A stretch of 64,000 nt of DNA, from the NCBI GenBank assembly GCA_963815195.1, contig CAWFGE010000015.1:192001-256000 (forward strand), written 5' to 3'. Positions 22,869 to 33,777 of the stretch are shown piece by piece. Made by a program: the position numbers and the translations under genes. Every line of letters starts with the position of its first letter. Position 1 is the stretch's first letter. The notes beneath the pieces are model-generated. The model made no database searches, was not told the origin of the DNA, and worked only from the letters and a program-made list of their open reading frames with translations. Origin of the DNA: an uncultured Planctomycetaceae bacterium. Lineage in GTDB: Bacteria > Planctomycetota > Planctomycetia > Planctomycetales > Planctomycetaceae.

Positions 22869-25334
22869 CTACGGAGCCTCCGGCGGGATCCAGGCGTCGA
22901 CGGTCCATTGGTCGATGTTTTGATAAGTATGCATCGCGTCCCGGCGGTAGCCGTCGAGGTGTTTGCGGAACACGGCGTACTCGTCCACTTCCCATAAGGG
23001 AATCGTTTGCACTTCCGCCCAAAGCAGGCGATGCAGACGCTTGAGATGGGCGCCCGCGGCTTTCCAATCGTTTTGGGTATCCAGTTCGATGAGCGCCTGC
23101 CGGAGCCAATCGGGAAGATAATCCAAGTCGGCGATGCGGGCGCGGGGCTGCATGGTGAGGAACGGCCAAAGCTCGGTGAGCGGCTCGGACATGACGACCG
23201 TGCGGTAGGCAATGTCCCAATCCTCCGAATCCCGCGCCACGGGTTGGCCGGTGTTGTTCAAGAGCTGAACGTTGATGCCCACCCGCTTCCACTCGGCGAT
23301 CATTTTATTCGCCGCCGCTACGATCGTGGGATCGGGATCGCAAACCATTTTGAGCGTGGGGATCGGCCCGCCCAAGGCTTTCTGGGACGCCAACCGCAGC
23401 GAGACGGATGTCGTCAAATCATAAGACCGCGGCTCGATCGTGCCGTTGTAGGCGTAGTTGCTTTTGGAAAAGGGAGCCGTGACCAACCGGGCGTGCCGGG
23501 CGTCGGCTCCTTTGAGGATGTCTTCGTAGAGGATCCGCTCGCGGTTGATCGCGTGCGAGATCGCCCGGCGGAATTCGCGGTTTCTGAGGGCTTTGGTCTT
23601 GGGGTTAAACTGCAGGACATGCACGCGCGGGACGCCGGCTTTCATCACGAAGAACTTGTTCGATTGGATCAGCGGATCGACGTGCCAAATCCGCGCGCGG
23701 GCGATCATGTCGATCTTGCCCCGGAGCAGATCCCGGATCGCCTCCTCGTGCGATTCGTACTTGTGTTCCTCGACTTCGGCGACGTGAAATTCGGTGCTCG
23801 CGTCCGGTTCGGGGATCGCCCGGCGGTAGCGGACGAGGTTCTCGGTCCGTTCCACGGGACGAAACCGCTCGCTGAACAGGTCGGCCATTTCTTCCGGCCC
23901 TTCGTAATTTTTCGCGTCGAAAGCGGTCCGCCTCAAGGGAAAATTGAGAAGTGCTTCCGTGCGGAGCGGCACGCGGGAGAATCGCACTTCCAAATGCAAA
24001 GGCGAAGCGACCTTGATGGATTCCACATAACTCGCAAGCCGTTCGTCGTAGAGCGGATGTTCGGGATCGAGCAGTTGGTCGAAGGTGTTGACGATGTCGG
24101 TGGCCGTGGCTTCGGGGCGGGCTTCCCAAGAGAACCGGCCGGGCCGGAGCCGGAAGATCGCCTCGCGTCCCAAGTCCTCGGGCTGCCATTGCTCGAAATA
24201 TGGCGTGCGGTAGACGGGCGAGCGGGGCGCCTGGCTGACGGAAAACAGCGTGGACCTTAAGAGATATTCTTCGCGCACGTCGGCGGCGGTCGGCAGGAAG
24301 AACTCCGTCGGTTCGCGGGGCAGTTGCATCACGCCCACGTGCAGCCGCTGAAACCGCCGCCAGGCTTTCGTGAAAAAGGCCCGGAGGCCCGGCGCGTCGG
24401 GCCAAATGCGGATCGCGTTCTCGGCGAGCGTCGCGGCCACGTCGTGTTTTCCTTCGGCGGTCGCGGCCTCGCCTTTTTTCATCAGCTCGGCCGCGCGCTG
24501 CTCCAGGTCGGTTTCCCATTTCTTGACGATCTCGTGCGTTTTTTCCCGTTGCCGGAGCCGGCCCAAATAATGCCTCGCCCGCCGATAATCCTGGGCGCCG
24601 ACCGCGGCGGAAATCAGCGTGTCCACGACTTCGCCCATCCGCTGTTTCAGTTCGGGATAATCCGGCTTTCGGTCGTGAAGCTGCTCATAAAACACGAGCG
24701 CGGACTCGGCGTCTTTCTTTTTGCGAAAGCCCTCGGCTTCCATGAACAACAAATGGTTTTTGCGGTCGTCCAGGCCCGGCCAATCGGGAAGCCGGCGTTC
24801 CAGTTGATACAGCAGCTCGAACGCCTGCCTTTGTTCGTCCGCTTCCACGAGCAAATCCACCCGGCGGAGCAAGAGTTCCTCGTGGTAAATGATCTCTTCG
24901 ACTTTTTTGGTCTCCAGGCGGAACTCGGGCGCGTCCCCGCCGCCGGGCAACACGACGTTGAGGTAGTTCAGCTTAATCCGCTCGTTCCGCCACTTTTCCA
25001 ACTCGGCCATCCCGACGGGACGGTTCTTGTTCATCTCTTCGATTTTTTGCTCGAGTTTCTTGAGCGTGTCCGGGCGGGGAAAAAGCGGCTCGGTGACGAT
25101 GACCTCGTCCGTGTTCTTGAGCCGAATCCAATCCACCGGCGGTTCGAGGAGCAACTGCTTGACGGTGGGGACCTGCATGTCCTCGTACTTGGGCAGTTCG
25201 TCGCCGTCGTCCGCCGGCGGTTTTTCCTCCGGTTTCGAGTCGGCCGGTTTGGCGGGCGGCTGTTGTGCTGTCACATCGGTCAGCAGACCGGAGCTGACCA
25301 GCAGCGCGAATATGACAAAACGCGGAAGAGACAT
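22869..25334 (-). CDS. ABC-type substrate-binding protein (family 5-like) with N-terminal TPR-like region
   Basis: Signal peptide; FRRAISHAINRERI and IPLWEV motifs in the C-terminal half; helical repeats N-terminal. Confidence 0.8.
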   Translation of the reverse strand: MSLPRFVIFALLVSSGLLTDVTAQQPPAKPADSKPEEKPPADDGDELPKYEDMQVPTVKQLLLEPPVDWIRLKNTDEVIVTEPLFPRPDTLKKLEQKIEEMNKNRPVGMAELEKWRNERIKLNYLNVVLPGGGDAPEFRLETKKVEEIIYHEELLLRRVDLLVEADEQRQAFELLYQLERRLPDWPGLDDRKNHLLFMEAEGFRKKKDAESALVFYEQLHDRKPDYPELKQRMGEVVDTLISAAVGAQDYRRARHYLGRLRQREKTHEIVKKWETDLEQRAAELMKKGEAATAEGKHDVAATLAENAIRIWPDAPGLRAFFTKAWRRFQRLHVGVMQLPREPTEFFLPTAADVREEYLLRSTLFSVSQAPRSPVYRTPYFEQWQPEDLGREAIFRLRPGRFSWEARPEATATDIVNTFDQLLDPEHPLYDERLASYVESIKVASPLHLEVRFSRVPLRTEALLNFPLRRTAFDAKNYEGPEEMADLFSERFRPVERTENLVRYRRAIPEPDASTEFHVAEVEEHKYESHEEAIRDLLRGKIDMIARARIWHVDPLIQSNKFFVMKAGVPRVHVLQFNPKTKALRNREFRRAISHAINRERILYEDILKGADARHARLVTAPFSKSNYAYNGTIEPRSYDLTTSVSLRLASQKALGGPIPTLKMVCDPDPTIVAAANKMIAEWKRVGINVQLLNNTGQPVARDSEDWDIAYRTVVMSEPLTELWPFLTMQPRARIADLDYLPDWLRQALIELDTQNDWKAAGAHLKRLHRLLWAEVQTIPLWEVDEYAVFRKHLDGYRRDAMHTYQNIDQWTVDAWIPPEAP

Positions 25335-25380
25335 TGCATCCGTCCTCGAACTTGTTTCAGTTTTGCGCCACAGCCGCCGA

Positions 25381-28300
25381 TCAGCCGCCGGGGAGCAGGT
25401 TTTCCAGTTGATACACGCTGCCGTCGATGCTGGGAGCGAGGATGTAGTCTCCGAAGACCAAGGGGGTCCCGTCGAGAGCCTGGCGGACGGAGGCCTGGTT
25501 TTGCACGTTGCCTGTGCCCGCATCCACGGTCAGCACCTCTCCGTTTTGCTTGGCGACGAGCAGCATCGGCCCCAAGGACAAGGGCGAACCCGCGAGACCG
25601 CTTCCGCCCAGCGACAGCGACCAGAGTTTTTTGGGTTCCGGGGAGATTTCGTACGCGGTGAGTTCCCTGCGGTCGGTCTCCACGAAAAGCCGGCCTTCCA
25701 CCATCCACAAGGCGTTCGTCACATTGCCGTCGAGGTCCGTGCTGCCCAGCGGCTGAAAGGTTTGCCCGTCGAGCACGTGCAGTTTCCGGTCGGCGTCGGC
25801 GAGGACGACCACGCCCTCAAACACGGCAAACGGCACGTTCACCGGGGCTTTGAGATCCAGCTTGCGGGCCTCGAACAAATGGCTCACCGGATCGGTGCGA
25901 AACTGAATTCGCAGCAAAGCATTGGCGCTATTCACCGCGATGAGTTGGTCGTCGTCCAATGGCGCCAAATGGATCCACCGCGGCGGCCGCTGGCTTTTGG
26001 GCGGGTTGACGGTGATTTTTTGGGTGTAATCATCGACCCGCGGACCGCCGGGTTTGACCGGGATGTACCGCAGCCGGCCTTCCATCGGCAGCACCATGCC
26101 GCCGTGCATCGCGACGGGTTTCGCTTCGAGGGCCGCGGGGATGTCGAAGCCCCGCTCCAGTTGCCCGGCGGGCGTGGTGAACCAGACCCTGGGCTCCTTG
26201 CCGCCGGCGTAGGCGAATAGCGAACCGCTTTCGAGCGGCACCGCGCCCAAGGGGGAATCCAACTCCGGCGGCAGGTTGAGCGTGACCGAGGGCGTCTGCT
26301 CGAATCGCGGCGGCCTGTTTGCAGCGGCCAGTTCGGACTTCGGCAAGCGGTACACGTGGCCGTCTTCGTTGACCAGAATCAAATTGTCGCCCGCGCCGCT
26401 CCAGGCCAACACCCGGGATCCCATCGTCAGGCCCCAGTTGCTTTTGAGCGTCTCCAGATGAATCTGCGTCAAAAGCGACGAACTGGAATACGGACGGTGC
26501 CGGGCGATAAACAGGTTGTCGCCCAATTGCTGAAGCGGCTGCGCAGAGACGCCGGGGGCCAAGGGTTCGCCCACCAGGTCGAGGATGCCGGAGTTGTTCG
26601 CCATCCGCCGCAGCGCGCTGGTCGCGATCCAGAGTTGGCCTTCCAAGGCGAACAGGTTCATCGGTCCTTCTTCATAAGGCGTTTGGAGTTCGTTCGTGTT
26701 GAGGTAGGTGATGGGAGGCTGGTCGGGGTTGTCGGAGACGGCAAAGACCGAAAACCGCTCGCCGCTCGAAGGCACGTAAAGCTGATTGCCCCTGAGCACC
26801 GGCTTGTCGCGGACTTGCCCTGCCAGGCGGTGGCTCGCGACCTGCACGATTTGCTTTTCCGGCTCGGCCATGCTGAAGACGCGAAGGAGGCTGCTGTCGC
26901 TTTGGTCGTTTTCCGCGAGGAGGATCAGCGAGCCCATGCCGACGAGCGGAGCATCCACGGACGAAGTCGCGGGGCCGTTCACGGTGCCGCGCTTGTGACC
27001 GACGTGGCTCACGGCGACGCAGGCGAACTCCTGAAGCGCGACCGTGTAGACCAGCTCGCGATCGCCGACCGCGATCAGATGTTGCCCCTTGGGCGCGGCG
27101 ATGGGCGGGGAAAGCAAGGGCTGCGAAAAGTGGAGCACTCCCGTCACCCGGCCGGTTTCCAGGTCGATTTTATACAGCCGATCGCTCGTAGTCGCCAGGT
27201 AGATTTGCCCGCCTTCGATCAACGGGGCCCCGGCGGCGGAATCGTTCAAAGGCAGCCGCCAGAGCAGCTTGCCCGAACGCTCTTCCAGAGCCGTCAGCTC
27301 CCGCCGGTTCGTGTCGAACACCAGGACGCCCGGCGTCGCGGTGGCGATGGGGATCGGGAAAAACGGCGAGTCCAAACCGATGCACCGCCGCCAAACGGGC
27401 GCCCCCGTCGCGCTGTCCACGCCGTAACAACATCCCTTGGCGATGCCGAAGACCGTGCGGAACTCGGATTCCTGATCGCTCCGCGTGCGGGTGTGCGTGA
27501 GGAAGGACACCGGTGCCGGCACCGGCGACGCGTGATCCTCGGTCAACGGAGCCAATTCCAACTTTTCCGCCGTGACCAGCGATTTTTCGGTGTCCAACGT
27601 TTTCTGCAAGAGGGCCTGGATCTTGCGGTTGGTTTGGACGTCGGGATAGCGGGCGAGCAGTTCCTCGCGAAGATGCAGGGCTTCCAAAGTCTTGGGCGGA
27701 GCAGCGGCGAGGGCTTTTTCGATCCGGGCGACGGCCGCATCGTAGGTTTCCTGCTTGACGACGGCGTCCCGGGCTGCGACCAATAGCCGGCCCACCTGGT
27801 CCGCGAATTCCTTCGTTTCGGGACTTTGCGGAGTGAGCCGCTGATAGATCAACAGCGCCTGGGCGCGATCTCGAGCAGCGACCGCTCGCGGAGCTGGGCC
27901 GCGGTCTTGGCCGAGCCCGTGGCGATTTCGCGGGAATACTTCCGCAAATCGTCTTTGACGTTTTCGTATTCCTCCTCGTCCTTGAAGTCGCGGATAAAAT
28001 TCTGGAGTTCCTTCAAACCGTTCGGCCAATCGGGGGCGGCCCCGGAGATGTGCTTGAGGATCTTCGCCTTGCCCTCGCCGATCCGCGCCTTGGGCAACAG
28101 CTTGTGCGTGGGATACACGTTCTCGAAATCTTGAAACAGCAATATCGCCTGGGCATACCGGCCTTCATCGAGCGCGGACTGCGCGGTGTCGAAGGCTTTC
28201 TGCGAACTCTGACGGCCGATGATGAACCACAAAATCCCGCCGACCAAAAGCAGCAGCAGCGTGCCGCCGAAGAGTCCCAACACCACCGGCGACTGGAGCA

Positions 28301-28583
28301 CATCCTGCTCGCCGGGCCGCACGGCACGCGGACGCAGCCGCTCTTTGAGTTTTCCCACAGGCGATGGTTTCGGCTGCCCATCTTTATCGGGACCGCCGCG
28401 GCCCTTGCGGCCCCGGTCCTCCTCTTCCCAATCGTCCTCGTCGATCAGATCCTCATCATCCAGGACGACCTCGCCGTCCTCTTCGACGAAATCGTCATCT
28501 TCAAATTCGACGTCATCCTGATAGAGGTCCGCAAACTCTTCCCCCTTTCGGTCGGACGGTCGCTTTTTCGGGTCTTTGGCCAT
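25381..28583 (-). CDS. Membrane-anchored PQQ-like beta-propeller protein with TPR segment; frameshift ~27860
   Basis: Acidic N-terminus, one TM, then A.D..TG...W-type blades (GVDSATGAPVW, SGKLLW, IDLETG, VDAGTG); ORFs 27849-28742 and 25381-28029. Confidence 0.8.
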
Positions 28584-28645
28584 AATGGGATGTCTCAATT
28601 GTCTAATTAGATCAGCCAGGTTCGTCTGGAAAACACCTGGGAAGT

Positions 28646-29467
28646 TCAATCCTCGCCGCCCTTCGATGCGGCCAGGCGGATTTTTTGCATGCCCGCTCCG
28701 GTGGCGGCGTCGAAAACGGCGACGAATGTCTCGTGCCGGCATTTGGGGCTGGCTTGAATTACGAGTTCGTTCTTCTGCTCGGTCCGCAGTTTGTCGCCGA
28801 AGATGTCTTCGAGCTGCGACGGATCGCTGACGGGCTCGTCATCCACGAAAACCCCGTCCTGCTCGTCGATCCGCACCATGATCGAAGTCATCTCCAGCTC
28901 TTCCAGGTTCTGGATCGTCTGCGCCCCTTTGCTTTCCGGATCGGGCGCGGGCGTCTCGATGGCTTTCGTCATGCTGAAGGAGGCGGTGATCATGAAAAAG
29001 ATCAACAGCAGAAACGTGACATCGACCATCGGCGTCAGGTCCATCTCCTCGAGTTCGGTCTCCGCCTTCCGCATCGAGAATTCCTCTTCCTCGTCTTCTT
29101 GCGGACGTTTAGGAAAGATCCGCTCCGGACGCGGCGGCGGCTCGATCGGCCGTTCCTCGGGCGTCAATTCGGGAGCCGTCTCTTCCAGGATCCTTGGGGG
29201 CCTCTCGCGAAACTCCCGTGTCGGGGCCCAGGCCTTTTCCTCGGCGTCCAAGTCGTGAGCCGGCAGCTCGCGGGTCGGAGGCAGGGGCTTTCGTTTCTGT
29301 TCCGGTTGGAGCGGGGCGGCTTCCTCTTCGTCCGTCACCACCTTGGCTTCGGGAATGGGCACAATGATGTCCCGCTCGCACTTGGGGCAGCGAATCGTCG
29401 TGCCCGCTTTGCGCGTGCTCACGCTCAACTTCTGCTGACAACGGCTGCAGCGAAACAATAAGGGCAT
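28646..29467 (-). CDS. exbD: ExbD/TolR protein with N-terminal Zn-ribbon (CxxC...CxxC) and Pro/Glu-rich linker
   Basis: MDLTPMVDVTFLLLIFFMIT; N-terminal CSRC...CPKC. Confidence 0.85.
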   Translation of the reverse strand: MPLLFRCSRCQQKLSVSTRKAGTTIRCPKCERDIIVPIPEAKVVTDEEEAAPLQPEQKRKPLPPTRELPAHDLDAEEKAWAPTREFRERPPRILEETAPELTPEERPIEPPPRPERIFPKRPQEDEEEEFSMRKAETELEEMDLTPMVDVTFLLLIFFMITASFSMTKAIETPAPDPESKGAQTIQNLEELEMTSIMVRIDEQDGVFVDDEPVSDPSQLEDIFGDKLRTEQKNELVIQASPKCRHETFVAVFDAATGAGMQKIRLAASKGGED

Positions 29468-29489
29468 AAACGCCTGCTTCAAATCCAGA

Positions 29490-29522
29490 GGGGGAGACGG
29501 GGAGACAGGGAGACGGGGGGAC
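29490..29522. repeat. Short tandem GGGAGAC[AG] octamer repeat
   Basis: ggggagacggggagacagggagacggggggac. Confidence 0.55.
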
Positions 29523-29607
29523 GGATCGTTCCGCAACGCCCATCCAGCTTTCTATCCGGCATCTTCGACCTCAATCAAAAATCAAAAAATCGATTCATCT
29601 GCAAAAG

Positions 29608-29688
29608 GTGAACGGTACGGCGCAAGCCGCCGGCCTTGACTTTGGGAATATCACTTCATCGAAACCGGAGGCTAGCGCCTACCGCTCA
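29608..29688. repeat. REP-like palindrome, family A (degenerate)
   Basis: gtgaacggtacggcgcaagccgccgg...accggaggctagcgcctaccgctca. Confidence 0.7.
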
Positions 29689-29701
29689 GTTTTCGTGGTC
29701 C

Positions 29702-30160
29702 CTAATTCTGATCGCGGACTTCCATGTCGAATTCGACGCCTTCCACTTCGTTGGCTTTCCGCATGACTTCCAGGATCACGCCGTGGTGCACGTCGCGGTC
29801 CGCTTTCAAGATCACCCGCTTCTTTCCTTTGGCGATCCCCGCTTCCACGTCGGCCTTCACATCCTCCAGCGTGCCTTCTTTGCCGTCGCTCAAGATGACC
29901 GTCGGCGGGCCGTCGGGATCTTCCGGGCGGTTGATGGTCAGAATGGTCGCGGTGCTGGAATCCACTTTCGCCCCGTGCTTGGCGGGCGGGACGTCGAGTT
30001 CCCGCTTGCTCTGCATGGTGGACGTGACCATGAAGAAAATCAAAAGCAGAAACACGACATCGATCATGGGCGTGATGTCGAGATCCGCTTCCGAGTCGCC
30101 CCGCTTTTTGTTGGCGAGGTTGTCTTCGTCGCCGCCGAACGATGTGCTGTGCCGTTTCAC
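29702..30160 (-). CDS. exbD: ExbD/TolR biopolymer transporter
   Basis: LDITPMIDVVFLLLIFFMV, ILKADRDV; GTG start overlaps the exbB stop. Confidence 0.9.
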   Translation of the reverse strand: MKRHSTSFGGDEDNLANKKRGDSEADLDITPMIDVVFLLLIFFMVTSTMQSKRELDVPPAKHGAKVDSSTATILTINRPEDPDGPPTVILSDGKEGTLEDVKADVEAGIAKGKKRVILKADRDVHHGVILEVMRKANEVEGVEFDMEVRDQN

Positions 30161-30843
30161 ACGCGGGCCCTTTCCGCGGGCTGCGCGTACGGGGCGGCCC
30201 CTTCCGTCCTTTGCGTTTCCTCAACGTCTTCGAGGAAAACTCCCAAATCGTGCTGCACCGAGTCCTGCAACTTCCCTATGCGAATGTGAATCAGGTTCCC
30301 CGCCAGCACGAGCGGAATCGCGATGACCAGCCCGAGGGCGGTGGTCAACAGCGCGAAGCTGATGTCGTTGGCGAGCTTGGTCGGATCGGTGCCCCCCGAA
30401 GACGAGGCGATCTTGGCGAAGGCGTTGATCATCCCCAGCACCGTGCCCAACAGCCCCAGCATCGGGGCGCTTTTCACGATGGTCGCAATCCAGGAGGTTC
30501 CATATTCCAGCGACGCGAGGATGTCCCGCTCGAATTTCTCCGCCAGCAGCTTTCTGAGCTTGTTCATCGGGCGGTTCATATTCTGCACGGCGACGAGCAC
30601 CAACTGCGGGACGGCTTTGCTCCAGTAGGTCGGCGAATCGCAGAGGTCGGCGACGGCGTTCAAATCCCGCTGGGCCAGGCTGTCGCGGACATCGTCCAAA
30701 AACTGGTCTGCCGCCGATGCCGACGGAAACCGCTTCTGCCGAATTCGAAACAACAAGAGGATCACCCAAAACATTCCAAACAAGGCCGTCAGACCCATCG
30801 CCACATAAATACCGTTGGCGGCTAATACGAGAATATCGTCCAT
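30157..30843 (-). CDS. exbB: MotA/TolQ/ExbB proton channel protein
   Basis: APMLGLLGTVLGMINAF, ISFALLTTALGLVIAIP. Confidence 0.9.
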   Translation of the reverse strand: MDDILVLAANGIYVAMGLTALFGMFWVILLLFRIRQKRFPSASAADQFLDDVRDSLAQRDLNAVADLCDSPTYWSKAVPQLVLVAVQNMNRPMNKLRKLLAEKFERDILASLEYGTSWIATIVKSAPMLGLLGTVLGMINAFAKIASSSGGTDPTKLANDISFALLTTALGLVIAIPLVLAGNLIHIRIGKLQDSVQHDLGVFLEDVEETQRTEGAAPYAQPAERARV

Positions 30844-30881
30844 CAGAGGTCCACGTGTCAGGTTCTAGGGAAAGGGAACAG

Positions 30882-31820
30882 CTATTGAAAATACGTTTGG
30901 CGGGTGACGACGAACTTGTAGCCGTCGCCTTCGCGCTCGACGACGAAATAGGTCCGGCGGATTTCTTTCACGGGGCGGTTGCGGTAGCCCACTTCCAGCC
31001 GGGCCAGATTTTGCTCCACGTCGGGAGGATAGAAGTGAAAGATCGTGCCGCGGCGGGCGTCGATGCCGGCTTTTTGAAACAGCTTGATGTCGGCGGCTTT
31101 TCGCCCGCCGCCTTGCCAGGTCATGTAGAGGCGTTTTTCGTTCTTACCGCTGCCCACGACTTTTTGATCGGGCTTCGGCTTGGAGAAGTTCCACACGTAA
31201 AGCAGCCGGCCGTCGGGCGTCAACAACCCGAATTGAATCTTGAAGAAGTCCAACTGCTGGGCATAGGTGTCGATCGTGCCGGAATCGGAAAACCGCACGA
31301 ACCATCGCTGCTCGCGCGGCAGGCCGGCTCCCGGGCCGCCGTTGCCCAGCGGCCGCCCGCCCGTGCCGCTGGCGCTGCCTGTCTTGCCGGTATTAGAGAC
31401 ATCGACGTCAAACTGCTGCGGAGCCTGTGAAGTCGCCTGATCCGACACGTCGATCACGTTGTCCAAGGTCTCCTGCATTTCCGTGATTTCGGACTCCACA
31501 TCCGTCAAGGTGGGATCCTGCGCTGGCGGTTCGGGGGAATCGACTTTCAAGGTTTCGTCGGGGGAACCGTCGAGCGCGCCGCCCGGGATCTCGACAAGTT
31601 CGAGGGCCACGTGGTCTTCCACCGCGGGCTCCAACTGCGAAAGATACAGGAGAAACAGATACACCACGCCGATGATAAGGGCCAACACGATCGCCAGCAT
31701 AAACGCCCGCGCATTGTCGTAGCGGGTCACGCCGAGCACCGGTTCTTTCGCGCGCTGCCGGCCGTTTTTCGACTTGGCGGCTCGTTGGGGCGGGGCGATT
31801 TTCGTGGCCATCGAGTTCAT
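30882..31820 (-). CDS. Hypothetical single-TM protein with acidic/Pro/Gly linker (TonB-like topology)
   Basis: One N-terminal TM, extended acidic linker, compact C-terminal domain; directly upstream of exbB. Confidence 0.7.
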   Translation of the reverse strand: MNSMATKIAPPQRAAKSKNGRQRAKEPVLGVTRYDNARAFMLAIVLALIIGVVYLFLLYLSQLEPAVEDHVALELVEIPGGALDGSPDETLKVDSPEPPAQDPTLTDVESEITEMQETLDNVIDVSDQATSQAPQQFDVDVSNTGKTGSASGTGGRPLGNGGPGAGLPREQRWFVRFSDSGTIDTYAQQLDFFKIQFGLLTPDGRLLYVWNFSKPKPDQKVVGSGKNEKRLYMTWQGGGRKAADIKLFQKAGIDARRGTIFHFYPPDVEQNLARLEVGYRNRPVKEIRRTYFVVEREGDGYKFVVTRQTYFQ

Positions 31821-32051
31821 CCCAATCGCAAAAGGCTTGTCAGGAAGAAAGCCCGGGGTCTATTCGACACCTGAGAACGTGAAAGGAGGATTTTGGCGTG
31901 TCCAGAGGATTTGAACAAAATCAGGAATGATTAAATCTATCGTAGGAGGCCGATTCCAGCCTGTCAACGAAGCTGTTTCCCTGTGGAAAAACCGCATGTT
32001 GTCTCGGGGATCCGCGTCTGATACAAATTCGGCGAGCAAGGTTATACCATC

Positions 32052-32795
32052 ATGAGTTTAGAACCCAGTCCTTCCACCCCCGATCCGCACGACGGCCTCT
32101 TGGAAATCCATTTTCTGGGACTCGTCGATTTCGACGCGGCGCTCTATCTGCAAGAACGGCTCGTTTACGAGATCAGCGGGCGGTCGAATCGCAACGCGGG
32201 GCTGTTGTTGTGCGAGCATCCTCCGCTGATCACCGTGGGCCGGGAAGGCAGCCGGGACCACATCCTCGCCGACACAAAGGACCTGAAAGCGTCCCAGATC
32301 GAGACCCGCTGGCTCAACCGCGGGGGCGGATGTCTTGTGCACGGCCCCGGCCAGTTGGCGGCCTATCCGATCCTGGCGCTCAACCGGTTGAACCTGGGCC
32401 TGTTGGATTACCGCACCCGCCTGGAAGAGGCGGTCGTCGACATGGCCGACGAGCAACAGGTCCCCGCCCATCGGCACGCGGATTGTCCCGGCGTTTGGTG
32501 CCGGCTCGGTCAGTTTGCCCATGTGGGAGTGGCCGTGAAATCCTGGGTGGCCTATCATGGCGTGTTTATCGATGTGGCCCCCAAGGTGGACGCGTCCCGG
32601 CTGGTCAAACCCTGCGCCGAGGGAGAGCGGCTGACTTCGCTGTCCGCCCAATCCGGCAAGGTGGTGTGCATGAACGCCGTTCGGGAAAGCTTCGCCCGGC
32701 ACCTGGCCCGCCATCTCGGATACGCCCGCACGCAAACTTACACCGGACACCCGCTGCTCCGCCGGGAGATACGAAGGGTTTTTGTCGATGCTTGA
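32052..32795 (+). CDS. lipB: Lipoyl(octanoyl) transferase
   Basis: LLLCEHPPLITVGR, RGGG...HGPGQLAAYP, YHG; adjacent to lipA. Confidence 0.85.
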   Translation: MSLEPSPSTPDPHDGLLEIHFLGLVDFDAALYLQERLVYEISGRSNRNAGLLLCEHPPLITVGREGSRDHILADTKDLKASQIETRWLNRGGGCLVHGPGQLAAYPILALNRLNLGLLDYRTRLEEAVVDMADEQQVPAHRHADCPGVWCRLGQFAHVGVAVKSWVAYHGVFIDVAPKVDASRLVKPCAEGERLTSLSAQSGKVVCMNAVRESFARHLARHLGYARTQTYTGHPLLRREIRRVFVDA

Positions 32796-33675
32796 GATTC
32801 TGACGGACCAGCCCCCCGCGCCGCGGCGCCGGCTTCCCAAATGGCTCAAACGGCCGCTGCCGGAACCGGGCATGGCTTATACCAGTGGCGTCATCGACGA
32901 TCTCCGCCTGGAGACGGTGTGCGAAAGCGCAAAATGCCCCAACCGCACCGAATGCTGGTCGCAGCGGACCGCCACGTTTATGATCCTGGGCAACGTGTGC
33001 ACAAGGCCGTGCGGATTTTGCTCGGTCCCCAAAGGCAAGACCGAAACGGTGGAACTCGACGAGCCCGAACGCGTCGCCGAGGCCGCGGCCCGCTTGGGAC
33101 TGAAGCACGTCGTCATCACTTCGGTCACCCGCGACGATTTGCCCGACGGCGGGGCCGATCATTTTTATCACTGCGTCCTCGCGGTCCGCGAACGCACCGG
33201 AGCCGCGGTGGAAGTGCTCACGCCGGATTTCCTGGGCAAGACATCGGCGATCGACCGCGTGATCGCAGCCCGGCCCGAAGTCTTCAATCACAACACCGAA
33301 ACCGTGCCGAGGTTGTACGACCGCGTCCGCCGCAATGCCCAGTATCAGCGGACGCTCGATTTGCTGAAGCATGTAAAAGCCGTCGCCCCGGACATGATCA
33401 CCAAAAGCGGCCTGATGCTGGGCCTCGGCGAAACCCGCGAGGAAGTCCTGGAGGTCTGTGCCGACTTGCGGAACGTCGGCTGCGACATGCTCACGCTCGG
33501 ACAATACCTCCAACCCACGCCCGCCCATCTGCCCGTGGAGCGCTACGTCCCGCCGGAAGAGTTCGACGAGATCGGCGAATTGACCCGCGGCCTTGGTTTC
33601 CGCTTCGTCGCCAGCGGCCCCTTCGTCCGCTCCAGCTACCACGCGGGCGAAATGGCTTCGATTCTGGAAACGTGA
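32788..33675 (+). CDS. lipA: Lipoyl synthase
   Basis: CESAKCPNRTEC, CTRPCGFC, NHNTETV, GQYLQP, VRSSYHA. Confidence 0.97.
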   Translation: MLEILTDQPPAPRRRLPKWLKRPLPEPGMAYTSGVIDDLRLETVCESAKCPNRTECWSQRTATFMILGNVCTRPCGFCSVPKGKTETVELDEPERVAEAAARLGLKHVVITSVTRDDLPDGGADHFYHCVLAVRERTGAAVEVLTPDFLGKTSAIDRVIAARPEVFNHNTETVPRLYDRVRRNAQYQRTLDLLKHVKAVAPDMITKSGLMLGLGETREEVLEVCADLRNVGCDMLTLGQYLQPTPAHLPVERYVPPEEFDEIGELTRGLGFRFVASGPFVRSSYHAGEMASILET

Positions 33676-33684
33676 TTGGCCCAA

Positions 33685-33768
33685 GGCGAGCGGGAGGCGT
33701 AAGCCTCCTGGTGATTCGGATCCATGAGAAACTCCACGAAACCGGGAGGCGGACACCTCCCGCTCGCC
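33685..33768. repeat. REP doublet, family B, between convergent genes
   Basis: ggcgagcgggaggcgtaagcctcctggt ... accgggaggcggacacctcccgctcgcc. Confidence 0.8.
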
Positions 33769-33777
33769 TGGAAACCG

